From positions 186,001 to 250,000 of IMG/VR virus record IMGVR_UViG_3300047319_001872: a DNA stretch of 64,000 nucleotides; one strand, given 5' to 3'. Numbering within the stretch: position 1 is the stretch's first letter; each line of letters opens with the position of its first letter. Below the pieces are notes generated by a model. The model searched no databases, was not told where the DNA came from, and saw nothing but the letters and a program-made list of their open reading frames with translations. Positions 54,953-64,000 of the stretch are shown here, one piece after another. The position numbers and the translations under genes are program-made.

Positions 54953-56320
54953 TTAGGCCGGTTGAGCCTGGCCTTGCAGCTCGCCGACGAGCGACTTTTC
55001 CTTGTTCGGATCAGCCACTTCGTACACCGAGTTGTAATGCGCGATGATCATCATCAGCGTACGCGCCACACCAATCACCTTGGTGTAGAACGCCACGCTC
55101 GGCTGTTGCACCCAGCGCGCGAGCGCCGAGTTAAAATCGAGCATGCTCTTCACCATGGCCGCTTCGATGGGTTGTTGCTCCGCCATCTTGCCTGCTTCGA
55201 TGACCACGTGATCAGCCGCTTGTTCGAGCTTCGCCCGCGCTGCCTTCAATTGCTTCAGGCCACCTTGCGAACCGTTGAACTGCGCGATCTTCTGCAATGC
55301 GTCGTTCATGAGCTGCACCGCGTGCTCGTAGACAGTTGCGGTAGCGTGCTTGAAGACGACATCGTCGCTCTTCGGATCTTCGCCTTCCAGCATGGTGAGA
55401 CCGCCGTGACGCAGACGCTCGATCGCTTCGAAGTTACCGACGCTACCGTTGTCCTTGAACTCGCGGAACTGGAAGTACGTACAGCCGAGAATTTCCTGGC
55501 AGGACATGAGCGAGAACTCACCCTCGTTCGACACGAAGGGCAGCGCGAAGCTACTGCGCAGCTTTTGCGACTGCACCAGTGCCTGACGCATTTCGGCGGC
55601 GACGTCATCCGTCTTCTCCGGCGTCCACTTCGCGATGGAAGCAGCCAGCGCATCCGTCAGGGTGACCACACGTTGCGGGTTGTCGACGTAGACGAAGTTC
55701 ACCGCACTCACGAAGCGCTCGAGCTCTTTGGTGAACTCGGGCATCGAGCGCGTGACCCGAATGCCGTTGGAGAAATAGTTCATCCCGTGTTCGACATTCA
55801 TCGCCGGATTCGCGCCGTACTTCAGCTGACCCGTGCGGTTCTTCATCTGCTTCAAGAGCAGCTGCAGCTTCGCATAGATCGTCGGCAGAATCACGTGAAC
55901 CTTGAAGAACTTGTCGATCGCTTCCCAGATCTTCGCACAGAGCGCTTTGATAGCCGCCCAGAGCTTACCGGCCGTTTCGCGCCAGTTCTCGGTAGCGATC
56001 TGTTGGCCCACTGCCAGCTCAGGACCACCCAGCAACTGTTCCGGCGGCATGTCCGTACCGGCACAGGCCATTTGCGCGACGTTGTCGATCAGATCGAGTT
56101 CCGTTGCGGTCGGCTTTTCGATCCCGTCTGCAATCACGGCGAGATCTTCGATGGCTTTCGCCAGGTCCGTCATGCGTTCGGTTTCGCACAGCAGATCTTC
56201 AGACTTTGCCGCTTGTTCATTGGCTTGGTCCACGAGGATGATCTGTTCCTCGAGTGACACTCGAAAGGTCGAGCGCACGTCCTCCGACGGGGGCGTCGGA
56301 GCAAAGTGTTTACGCAGCAT
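54953..56320 (-). CDS. Internal head / inner-body paralog (phiKZ gp93-like family)
   Basis: VSLEEQ and IATEN S/A-x-E sites; AIKALCAKIWEAIDKFF segment; paralogous to 56337. Confidence 0.75.
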   Translation of the reverse strand: MLRKHFAPTPPSEDVRSTFRVSLEEQIILVDQANEQAAKSEDLLCETERMTDLAKAIEDLAVIADGIEKPTATELDLIDNVAQMACAGTDMPPEQLLGGPELAVGQQIATENWRETAGKLWAAIKALCAKIWEAIDKFFKVHVILPTIYAKLQLLLKQMKNRTGQLKYGANPAMNVEHGMNYFSNGIRVTRSMPEFTKELERFVSAVNFVYVDNPQRVVTLTDALAASIAKWTPEKTDDVAAEMRQALVQSQKLRSSFALPFVSNEGEFSLMSCQEILGCTYFQFREFKDNGSVGNFEAIERLRHGGLTMLEGEDPKSDDVVFKHATATVYEHAVQLMNDALQKIAQFNGSQGGLKQLKAARAKLEQAADHVVIEAGKMAEQQPIEAAMVKSMLDFNSALARWVQQPSVAFYTKVIGVARTLMMIIAHYNSVYEVADPNKEKSLVGELQGQAQPA

Positions 56321-56336
56321 GTTGACGTGCTCCTTG

Positions 56337-57701
56337 TTAGGCGGACTTGCCGAGAACGACTTTACCGTCGATGCTCAGCTGACACCAGGCCAGCACGAAC
56401 CGGCAAGCACTGACGATGTAGCTGTAGAACGGCAGGGTCGGCACTTGCGCCCAACGGGCGAACATCGCATTCAGGTTCAGTGCGGCCTTGAGTTCGTGCT
56501 CAGCTTCTGCTGCGCCTTCACCCTGCACGGTACCCGAGAAAGTCGCGACGACCTTATCAGAGGCTGCCTTCAGGCGATCCGACACGCTCTTGAGCTTCGG
56601 TGCATGTTGGCTGTGGAAGTTCTCGATCACCGCCAACAGCGTTTCGGCACCCTTGAGCGCTTGTTGCAACATCGCACGATCCGACAGGTAGAAGACCGCC
56701 TGGTCGCCTTGCGTGTAGCCCTTGTGCGTCATACGATCGGTGTCACCCTTTTCGAGCGTGATACCCGAATGACGAATCGCATCGAGGGCTTGCGCAGCAG
56801 GCATGTTCGGCTGGACCTTGAAGGTCTTCCCGATCAGCATGCCATTACCGAGGAACGACTGGCAGGTCGCGACTTCGTAACCATTGTCGTTACCTTCCGA
56901 GACTGCCATCGGCAGACCACCGAAGTTCAGACGGCCGAGCTGCTTCACGACGTTCTGCAACACGTCGTCGACGTTTTGCGGCGTCACGCTGCCGAGGATG
57001 GTTTCCAGACGCTGACCGGTCGCTTCGATTTCGTTGGCGTAGGTGTCGTAAATGAAGCCCGCCACCTTGGCCGTCGAATGCAGGGCGTTGATGGTGTCTT
57101 GTTCGGACTTCAGGTGCTCGCCTTCGAACGAGAACCAATCGCCCAGCTGGCTCAGCGACTCCGCTCGACCAGCTTCAGTCGGCGGGCGGAACCGGTACTT
57201 GGTTTCGTCTTGCAGCGCGACTTGCATCTGCTTGATCTTGGATTTCAGTTCCCGCACCACCACGTGGATACGGAAGAAGGCCATGAACTTTTCCCACAGA
57301 CGAGCGATGAACGCGAGGATGTTCTTCCACAGCGTCTTCGCTTTTTCAGCCAGGCTCTCGAAGGCGATCTGCTTGCCTTCTTGGAGGCCTTCCATCGCGG
57401 GCAGCATCAGCTCCGGTTCGTTATCCGTTCCGGCGACACCGGCCTGACCGGCGGTCGCGATGAGTTGCAGTTCCGTGGGGGAGGCTTCCCGGATGTTTTG
57501 GGCAACGGCAGCCAGATCTTCCAGGGCATCGGAGAGTTCGAGCTGTTTGTTGACTTCTTGGAGACCGGACGTACATGACGTCATGTCCCGGTGTGCTTGG
57601 TCGAGAACCAGGGCTTCCTCTTCCAGCGACAAACGACGGACTGGTGGGGCTGCTTTGGGCACCTGAACCACACGCACAGTCGCGGCCATTGTTTTACGCA
57701 T
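56337..57701 (-). CDS. Internal head / inner-body paralog
   Basis: LSLEEE, AMEG, IAFES; LWKNILAFIARLWEKFMAFF. Confidence 0.75.
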   Translation of the reverse strand: MRKTMAATVRVVQVPKAAPPVRRLSLEEEALVLDQAHRDMTSCTSGLQEVNKQLELSDALEDLAAVAQNIREASPTELQLIATAGQAGVAGTDNEPELMLPAMEGLQEGKQIAFESLAEKAKTLWKNILAFIARLWEKFMAFFRIHVVVRELKSKIKQMQVALQDETKYRFRPPTEAGRAESLSQLGDWFSFEGEHLKSEQDTINALHSTAKVAGFIYDTYANEIEATGQRLETILGSVTPQNVDDVLQNVVKQLGRLNFGGLPMAVSEGNDNGYEVATCQSFLGNGMLIGKTFKVQPNMPAAQALDAIRHSGITLEKGDTDRMTHKGYTQGDQAVFYLSDRAMLQQALKGAETLLAVIENFHSQHAPKLKSVSDRLKAASDKVVATFSGTVQGEGAAEAEHELKAALNLNAMFARWAQVPTLPFYSYIVSACRFVLAWCQLSIDGKVVLGKSA

Positions 57702-57731
57702 GTTCTCTGTATCCTTGTCTTAGCAGCAATA

Positions 57732-57767
57732 ACCCCCTCCCAGGCCCCTGAGGACCCAGGAGGGGGT
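57732..57767 (-). terminator. Intergenic hairpin
   Basis: ACCCCCTCC...GGAGGGGGT 9-bp stem. Confidence 0.6.
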
Positions 57768-57787
57768 AATCACACGCAAGCTACGTG

Positions 57788-60073
57788 TTAGGCCTTCGCC
57801 GGAACTTCACCAGCAGCAGGCTTCGCTGCGGCCGGAGCAGCAGCGCCGTAAACGGCAGCCGACTTCTCGACCCAGTTCAGTGCTGCATTGCCGGTGCGGA
57901 TCGCGTAGACGTTGAACGACTTGAACGGCTCGTCCAGCGCCTTCTTGATCGCCAGCACCGCTTGACGCGCGGCATCTGCCTTCGCCTTCACGCTTTCGTC
58001 TTGCGACACGTTGTTGAGCATCGAGAAGTTGCGCGCCACTTGTGCCAGCTTTTGGCCAGCAGCGACAGCCTTCGAGATCTCTTGCTTCGATTGCTTGACG
58101 AGTGCAGCGATGGCAGCCACCTGGTTCGCTACCGTACCAGCTTGCGGAGCCGACAGAACCGGCAGGGCTGCCTTGGCATTCACGTCGCCGATTTGATCGA
58201 GCACCGCTTCGCTGTTGCCCACGTCGTCGGAGATGAAGAACTCCAGACGCATGTTACCCGGCAGAACAGCCGACATCAGGCGATTGCCATTGGCTTCGCT
58301 GGCCCAGCCCGACAGCATCTGTGCAGTCCACGGATAGGCAAACTTCGCATCTTCGCCGACGTTGATGAAACCGTCTGCATGCGAGAGTTGACCGATGGTG
58401 CTTTCTGCAGCTTGCAGCATCTGCGGGTAAGCCTTGTAGAGGCCTTGCGCGACCTTTTGCAGACCCACCAGTCCGTTCATCGGATTGCCACCCGGCACGA
58501 AGAGTGCCTCGGCGACCGACTGGTCTTCGATCTGACGCACGCTCGGCTGACCTTGCAGTGCTTGTGCCTTGGCGGCGACTTGCTTCGCACGCGCTTCGAG
58601 TGCGACCGCACCGTTGAAGAGCTTCTCGGCAAATTGACCCGCCATCTTCAGACCAGCCAGGATTGCCTGGTAGATCTTTTCCCAGATCGCCTTGATCTGC
58701 TCGCCGAGCGATTCGAGCGACAGTTGCGACGCGCTGATCTGCTTCGAGGCACCACCGAACGATTCGAGCGAGATCGGACGCGGCATTTGCATGTCCAGAC
58801 GCTGATAGAGCGCTTCCAGACCGATGTGCATCATGCGTGCGCCGTGGCGGTTCAGGCCACCCGACTCGACCGCCGTCGACAGCGCTTCGCGATAGGCTTC
58901 CATCGATTCGACGACTTCGAAACCTTCTTCGACGCGGCGATTGACTTCATCGACGTCGCCTTCCGATTCCGCGATGTCCATCAGTTCCGTTTCCAGACCC
59001 GAGGCGCTGTCTTCGACTTGCTCAGCTTCGGCTTCGACTTGCGTCGGCAGGGCACCCAGTTCTGCGCCTTCGCCACCGGCGAGTTCAGCACCGGCATCCA
59101 GACCAGCCGTTTCAGCACCCGCATCAGCCGCCGGGACTTCACGACCTTCTGCGCGAGCAGCTTGTTCGTCGGCACGCGCGACCAGACGACGGGCGTTGTC
59201 GAGCTCGACCGGATCGATCACTTCGTCGACCACCACAGCAGCCACTTCACCACCTTCTTCACCTGCCGGGGGCACTGCGCCGACATCGGCTGCACCGGCT
59301 TCGCCACCGAGATCAGCACCGAGCTCTGCGCCCGCTTCCGTGCCAGCCGCCGGAACTTCAGCAGCTGCGCCAGTTGCATCTTGACCGGGGACTTCACCTG
59401 CGGCGGCTTCTGCACCGGCAGCCGCTTCAGCGGGGTCGCCCGTGACTTCAGCTGCACCACCCAGTTCTGCACCTGCTTCGCCGACAGCCGGGACTTCCGG
59501 GATTTCAGCAGCTGCGCCTTCGTCGCCTGCGGGCGGCACTTCAGCAGCGGGCACTTCAGCGCCGCGTGCCGGGGCTTCCAGCGCGCCTTCTTCTTGACGG
59601 CGGATTTCGGCTTCGGCTTCTTCCGAGGTGAGGCCGTCGTCTTCGAGCGCGACCTTGATACGGGCACGCTGGATCGGCGAGAACTTCACGCGCTTCGGTG
59701 CCTTGGCACCACGCGATTCGAGTGCACCTGCCGTGCCGACGAGTTCCTTGACCTTGCCTTCGCCACCCGTGGCGACCGAGACCGTCGGGTCTTCGCCGTT
59801 CGAGAGTTGCGGATCGACTTCGCCGTCCTTCTTCACCGCCGAGCTGCCGATGTCGTTCTTTTCCTTGGGCTCGTCTTTGCCCTTGGTGCCGTCCATGTTG
59901 CCAGCGACCGGGTCTTCACCGTTCGCGACGTTAGCCGGGACTTCGCCTTCCTTCTTGGGAGCCGGGATGCTCTTGTCGCCAGCGCCGATCGCTGCTGCGG
60001 CTTCGGGCGACAGATCTGCTTCTTCCAGCGCCTTACGGAAACGGGCGCCAAAGCCAGTACGAATGCTACGCAT
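57788..60073 (-). CDS. Internal head protein with a long acidic Ala/Gly/Glu propeptide-like region
   Basis: Many ALE/SLE/SME/GLE sites; PISLESFGG...QLSLESLGEQIKAIWEKI as in phiKZ inner-body/ejection proteins. Confidence 0.8.
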   Translation of the reverse strand: MRSIRTGFGARFRKALEEADLSPEAAAAIGAGDKSIPAPKKEGEVPANVANGEDPVAGNMDGTKGKDEPKEKNDIGSSAVKKDGEVDPQLSNGEDPTVSVATGGEGKVKELVGTAGALESRGAKAPKRVKFSPIQRARIKVALEDDGLTSEEAEAEIRRQEEGALEAPARGAEVPAAEVPPAGDEGAAAEIPEVPAVGEAGAELGGAAEVTGDPAEAAAGAEAAAGEVPGQDATGAAAEVPAAGTEAGAELGADLGGEAGAADVGAVPPAGEEGGEVAAVVVDEVIDPVELDNARRLVARADEQAARAEGREVPAADAGAETAGLDAGAELAGGEGAELGALPTQVEAEAEQVEDSASGLETELMDIAESEGDVDEVNRRVEEGFEVVESMEAYREALSTAVESGGLNRHGARMMHIGLEALYQRLDMQMPRPISLESFGGASKQISASQLSLESLGEQIKAIWEKIYQAILAGLKMAGQFAEKLFNGAVALEARAKQVAAKAQALQGQPSVRQIEDQSVAEALFVPGGNPMNGLVGLQKVAQGLYKAYPQMLQAAESTIGQLSHADGFINVGEDAKFAYPWTAQMLSGWASEANGNRLMSAVLPGNMRLEFFISDDVGNSEAVLDQIGDVNAKAALPVLSAPQAGTVANQVAAIAALVKQSKQEISKAVAAGQKLAQVARNFSMLNNVSQDESVKAKADAARQAVLAIKKALDEPFKSFNVYAIRTGNAALNWVEKSAAVYGAAAPAAAKPAAGEVPAKA

Positions 60074-60195
60074 GGTTCTTTCTTCCTATCGATAGGGTTT
60101 AAATCGGAGTGCACTTTACAGCAGAGTACCCGCGCGGTACGTCCTTAATAACCCTGGGTTAGAGTTACTATAGTATTTACGGCTTACTTACTCGT

Positions 60196-60813
60196 TTACG
60201 AGCGTGAGCCGAACAGGACGTGCAGCGACAGGAGCAGGTCTTCCAGACCATTCGGTTGTGCACACCAATCTTGCAGGACATCCACGAGCATCGTATTGCG
60301 ACGTTGACGAACGTAGCCGTTGGTGGTGATGCCGAAGAACTCAGCCGTGTACTCGCTTACCGGTCCGCGCATTTCGCCGGAGTCCGAATAATCGATCAGG
60401 CTGTCCCAGGTTTCCAGCGACATCTCCCGACGACCGGTCAGGATGAAGCGCAGACAATCCTCGAGAAAGCGACGATGCATGTCGCCCACTGAGGCACTTT
60501 CGAACTGCTTGAGGTACCAGAAATCGAACGCATCGGTACCAAACGCATTCAACGCCGTGATCAGCACCAGCTTACGGAATTCAAACGCTTCCGCCTTGTA
60601 GGTGTTACGGATGTACTTCGAGTACAGCGACTCGACGTTCTCGTTGACTGCGATGGTCGATGAGCTCGGCTGGAAGAGGCTCAGATTGTTCTGAAGCTTC
60701 CGGTACTCGTCCTGAAACGGTGCCGGAGACTTCTCAATCCGCGGAGCGAGGACTGCGCCCAGGAAACCCCGCGGATAAATCGTGAACCCCGTATTGGAGA
60801 CGAGGCCAGCCAT
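60196..60813 (-). CDS. Conserved phiKZ-like protein (205 aa) in the head gene block
   Basis: ORF tiling; MAGLVSNTGF..YPRGF. Confidence 0.7.
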   Translation of the reverse strand: MAGLVSNTGFTIYPRGFLGAVLAPRIEKSPAPFQDEYRKLQNNLSLFQPSSSTIAVNENVESLYSKYIRNTYKAEAFEFRKLVLITALNAFGTDAFDFWYLKQFESASVGDMHRRFLEDCLRFILTGRREMSLETWDSLIDYSDSGEMRGPVSEYTAEFFGITTNGYVRQRRNTMLVDVLQDWCAQPNGLEDLLLSLHVLFGSRS

Positions 60814-61715
60814 TACTTGCCCTCCATCTTCGTGATCTTGTACTGCAGATCCTTAGCCCGTTGTTCCAGATATTCGATTTCCTTCTGGACTTTCGGGTTC
60901 GGCTTGCCTTGGCTGACTTGCTCGAGGTTCAGCTTACGCAGCTGCACCATCTTGAGCGTTTCCTTGGCTTGCTTGTAACGAGCGGCTTGCCACTCAGCCC
61001 ACAACAAACCCACGCCGTACCACAGGCTCCAGGTGCCCGTACCGATGATGAGGTTCTGCTTGAGCGGGTCGAGCTTGGCGGCACCCATCGTTTGCGGCAG
61101 CGTGTCGATGTTGTCGTCAGTGACGACGATGTCGGGCACTTCGGCGAGCTTCTTCTTCACTTCGCCGGGGTTCTCCGTCACGACTTCGAAAGCCGTGCAG
61201 AAGCTGATGAAGTTGTCTTCGATGAAGGCCTTCTCCGCCGGAGCCAGCGCGTCACGCACCGAGGTGATGCCGCTATTTTCCACCTTGGCGGTTTCGCAGA
61301 CATAGACGTAGTTCAGGAACTGCACCAGAAAGCGCGAGACGAACTGCACGTTGGTCACGAACTGGATCAACTGCGCCTTCTTGTAGGTCAGGCCCGCGGT
61401 CACCACTTCGTCGCCAATCGAAGCCTTGATCAGCTCTTCGACGTCGTTCAGGTTCTGCACCATCAGGGGCAGACCACGATCGATCGTGACGATGATGTTG
61501 CCGCCGTTGCTCTTCACGAGGCCCTTCCACGTCTCGATGCGATCTTGCATCTCGTCGGACTTGAACGACCAGTTCTTCAAGAACACAGCCGCTTGCCCGT
61601 ACATGGGTTTCAGGGTTTCTTCGATTTCCGCCCGAGTCAGACGGCAATCCTCGATGATGCGATCGCGACCGAACGTCGGCAGCAGATTACGCAAGAAATC
61701 ACGAATGGAACTCAT
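60813..61715 (-). CDS. phiKZ-like virion (head) protein, position like gp90
   Basis: 300 aa; LLPTFGRDRIIED; C-terminal YKQAKE..QLRKL coiled coil. Confidence 0.7.
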   Translation of the reverse strand: MSSIRDFLRNLLPTFGRDRIIEDCRLTRAEIEETLKPMYGQAAVFLKNWSFKSDEMQDRIETWKGLVKSNGGNIIVTIDRGLPLMVQNLNDVEELIKASIGDEVVTAGLTYKKAQLIQFVTNVQFVSRFLVQFLNYVYVCETAKVENSGITSVRDALAPAEKAFIEDNFISFCTAFEVVTENPGEVKKKLAEVPDIVVTDDNIDTLPQTMGAAKLDPLKQNLIIGTGTWSLWYGVGLLWAEWQAARYKQAKETLKMVQLRKLNLEQVSQGKPNPKVQKEIEYLEQRAKDLQYKITKMEGK

Positions 61716-61775
61716 TTTTGTACCTTGAGGAATGCCGGGCCCTCCCTAAAGAGGACCCCAGCCGACAAAGGGGAA

Positions 61776-62885
61776 TCAGAACGACGGGGCGTTACCGAGC
61801 TGGTACGCTTTCAGGATCTCGCCGATGTCCGGACCGTCGCCCTTGGTGGATTGCTTGAGCGCCTTAAAGGGCAGGCTCGTCACTTCCGGGAGCGAACGGT
61901 GGTAGAACGTCACGCGATCCCATTGCGGATCGAGCACCGCCACGATCATCAGCGAGGTTTCCTTGAACAGCTTCTCACGCACCGAGAAGTTGCTGAACTT
62001 GGCGCTGATTTCAAGCTCAAGCTGAGCGATCGTATTGGTCGAGGTGATCACCATGTTGGAGGCCGTGGCCACCGACGGGTTGCCCGACAGAATCGCCGAC
62101 AGCTGGTTGCCACGCTGGCGCTTGATGATGCTCGCGTAGGTGCCGTCGTCGCTCATCAGGTGCTTCTTGTGCGCGTCGATCAGGTCCAGACACAGCAGGA
62201 AATCGCGGAAGAATTCGATGCGACCGGCGCGCCACGCATGGTAGCGCTCTTTCATACTCGTCGACTGCTTGTTGCCAAGGCTAAGAATATGAACCAGGGC
62301 TTCTGTGGGCGTATCGATTGCGATCAGTCGCAACGCCACCGGAATGATCCCCTTTTGACCGTTGTCGCTGATTTCCACCGACAGCATCTTGCCCACGGAG
62401 AGGCTCGCGACTTCCTTGGCTTCCTTGATCGCGTCCTTACCGACGCCGACGCTGTCTTCCAGCGCGACTTGCTTGCCGAACGCGGGCAGCGCATCTTTGT
62501 AGCTTTCTTGCGAGAGCATCGAGATGGCGCCCGCGGCGTTTCCAGCGAGGTTGCCCCACAGGTTACCTGCGGTGCCGCTCGTGATCGGGTCACGGCTGGG
62601 GTTAAACTTGTCCAACGTAGCCATCACGTTGACATTGCCGATGTGGGCCGAGAGGGCGATCGCTTGCAGGTAGTAACCCGCAAACATCGACTGCAGGGCT
62701 TGCATGGCATCGTACGTAGCGTCATGGTACAGCACATCGGCGTCGACCAAGCAAAGCGGTTCCACGCGGGCGGGTTTGCTGTATTCGACAAGCGAATCCG
62801 CACGCATGGCAGCGACTGCGCCGATGGCGTCACGGATAGCGTTGATACCGATGCTTGCACCGGCGACTGCGGCGAGTCCGGTCAT
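61776..62885 (-). CDS. phiKZ-like virion (head) protein, position like gp89
   Basis: SLVEYSKPARVEPLCLVD, VALED site, LSVGKML, GDGPDIGEILKAYQLGNAPSF. Confidence 0.75.
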   Translation of the reverse strand: MTGLAAVAGASIGINAIRDAIGAVAAMRADSLVEYSKPARVEPLCLVDADVLYHDATYDAMQALQSMFAGYYLQAIALSAHIGNVNVMATLDKFNPSRDPITSGTAGNLWGNLAGNAAGAISMLSQESYKDALPAFGKQVALEDSVGVGKDAIKEAKEVASLSVGKMLSVEISDNGQKGIIPVALRLIAIDTPTEALVHILSLGNKQSTSMKERYHAWRAGRIEFFRDFLLCLDLIDAHKKHLMSDDGTYASIIKRQRGNQLSAILSGNPSVATASNMVITSTNTIAQLELEISAKFSNFSVREKLFKETSLMIVAVLDPQWDRVTFYHRSLPEVTSLPFKALKQSTKGDGPDIGEILKAYQLGNAPSF

Positions 62886-62916
62886 GATTTTCCTTCTTTC
62901 AGATTAAGGTTTTCAA

Positions 62917-64000
62917 ATGGCTGATCCATACAACATAACTGTAGACGACATCCTGACGGCGGCCTCAACTGGTCAATCCGTTTCCGATATGGTCGATCAA
63001 GTTTTCCAGCTTGGACCGGCAGGCTCGTTTGATACAGCCATTGGTAACACCGTGTTCGGGCTGAACCATCGGCAACAACCTCCGGCGATCCTCAGCAATC
63101 GTGACCATTACGGGTATACGTTCTTTACGCGTCCCCGCATGAACATGACTGATGAGAACCTTCGGACACAGCGTCGTTTTGGTCCGCTGCTCTCGCAGCA
63201 GGATTACAGCTGGCAACGCGCCGTGCGCTGCACGCTTGACCCCGAGCTCGCCTGGGCAGACACGCCCGTGACGTGTTCACTGGTGGACCGGCAACAAGCG
63301 TTCATACCAATTCTCTCGAACACCCTCCTGTCCATGTCAGGGTGGCCGGACCTGGAAGCCCAGACATTCACCGCGCATGAAGGCATATACAAGGAGTCCT
63401 TCAGCATCGTGGATAGCGTGGTCGACAGGTATGAGACATACGATATAACCGCCAATTTCCGGAACCTGCCGGGCGATCCTGTCACGTTGATGATGATGTC
63501 GTGGCTCTTTTACGAGTCCTACGTCTACCTCGGCGAGCTCGTGCCGTATCCGGACATGCTGATCAATAACGAGATCGATTATCAGACCCGGATTTACCGC
63601 CTGGTGATGGACCCGGATAAGCGGCGTGTGCAAGGCATTGCAGCGTGCGGTGCAGGCTTTCCGGTGACCTGTCCGATTGGGGCGAAGTTTAACTTCGAGT
63701 CGGATCAGCCGTTGAATAAGAACATGGATCAAATCAGCGTGACCTTCCGCTGTGCGGGTGCCATGTACAACGACGACATCCTGATTGATGAATTCAACCG
63801 GACGCAGGCGCTGCACAATAACAACATGCACCCGAGTAACTTCTCGGGCTTTGGACAGAATACGACCAATCCGAATTATCGGCTGCTTCAGCTTAACGAG
63901 GTGGAGCTCTTTAACCACACCGGTTATCCACGCATCGACCCGGTCACCTACGAGTTGCAATGGTGGGTCGATAAGACCACTTACGGGCGCATGCTGCCGA
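62917..64000 (+). CDS. phiKZ-like virion/tail protein (position like gp88), truncated by the right edge; not in the ORF track
   Basis: Hand translation MADPYNITVDD...YGYTFFTRPRMN...FIPILSNTLLSMSGWPD; frame appears open to the edge. Confidence 0.75.
   Translation, partial: MADPYNITVDDILTAASTGQSVSDMVDQVFQLGPAGSFDTAIGNTVFGLNHRQQPPAILSNRDHYGYTFFTRPRMNMTDENLRTQRRFGPLLSQQDYSWQRAVRCTLDPELAWADTPVTCSLVDRQQAFIPILSNTLLSMSGWPDLEAQTFTAHEGIYKESFSIVDSVVDRYETYDITANFRNLPGDPVTLMMMSWLFYESYVYLGELVPYPDMLINNEIDYQTRIYRLVMDPDKRRVQGIAACGAGFPVTCPIGAKFNFESDQPLNKNMDQISVTFRCAGAMYNDDILIDEFNRTQALHNNNMHPSNFSGFGQNTTNPNYRLLQLNEVELFNHTGYPRIDPVTYELQWWVDKTTYGRMLP

Noticed and set aside
52121-62924. Very long plus-strand ORFs (52121..54277, 55902..57578, 57785..60148, 60861..62924; also 18393..19769, 20882..22573, 43791..45110)
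   Set aside because: They are antisense shadows of strongly codon-biased minus-strand genes. They lack RBSs and recognisable motifs and have R/H/V/L-rich shadow composition.
1-64000. CRISPR array, tRNA or rRNA genes
   Set aside because: No equally spaced direct repeats with unique spacers and no cloverleaf or T-loop signatures in the intergenic gaps. The gaps are explained by small ORFs, hairpins and promoters. tRNAscan-SE would confirm.
1-64000. Stop-codon reassignment
   Set aside because: Conserved genes (thyA, tmk, trxA, thg1) are full length in code 11, and TAA, TGA and TAG all end well-tiled genes.

Overview
The window is a 64 kb slice of a nucleus-forming, phiKZ-like jumbo phage genome (Chimalliviridae-type), most likely infecting a betaproteobacterium (Burkholderia/Ralstonia-like thioredoxin, GC about 55-60% by eye). 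Almost every real gene is on the minus strand. (1) 1-30.8 kb is an accessory/early region: many small hypothetical and membrane proteins, nucleotide metabolism genes (ThyA, Tmk, thioredoxin, a DHFR-NUDIX-LysM fusion), candidate nucleic-acid repair genes (Thg1, RlaP-like nucleotidyltransferase, a stand-alone NAD-ligase domain Ia), a BCS1-like AAA ATPase, a degenerate HNH protein, an apparently inactive prohead-protease paralog, and a protein carrying an FtsZ-C-terminal-peptide-like motif. (2) 30.9-49.4 kb is a large array of paralogous tail-fibre/tail-tip-like proteins: 12 copies of one domain family, 5 of a second, 5 LamG modules, and one 8x17-aa repeat. (3) 49.8-64 kb holds conserved phiKZ-type tail/baseplate and internal head proteins with S/A-x-E maturation sites, ending in a divergent plus-strand virion gene cut by the window edge. 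phiKZ-type early (TATATTAC) and late (TATG) promoter motifs and UNCG hairpins are visible. I saw no tRNA, rRNA, CRISPR array, intron or recoding. All family assignments come from motif recognition only; no searches were run.
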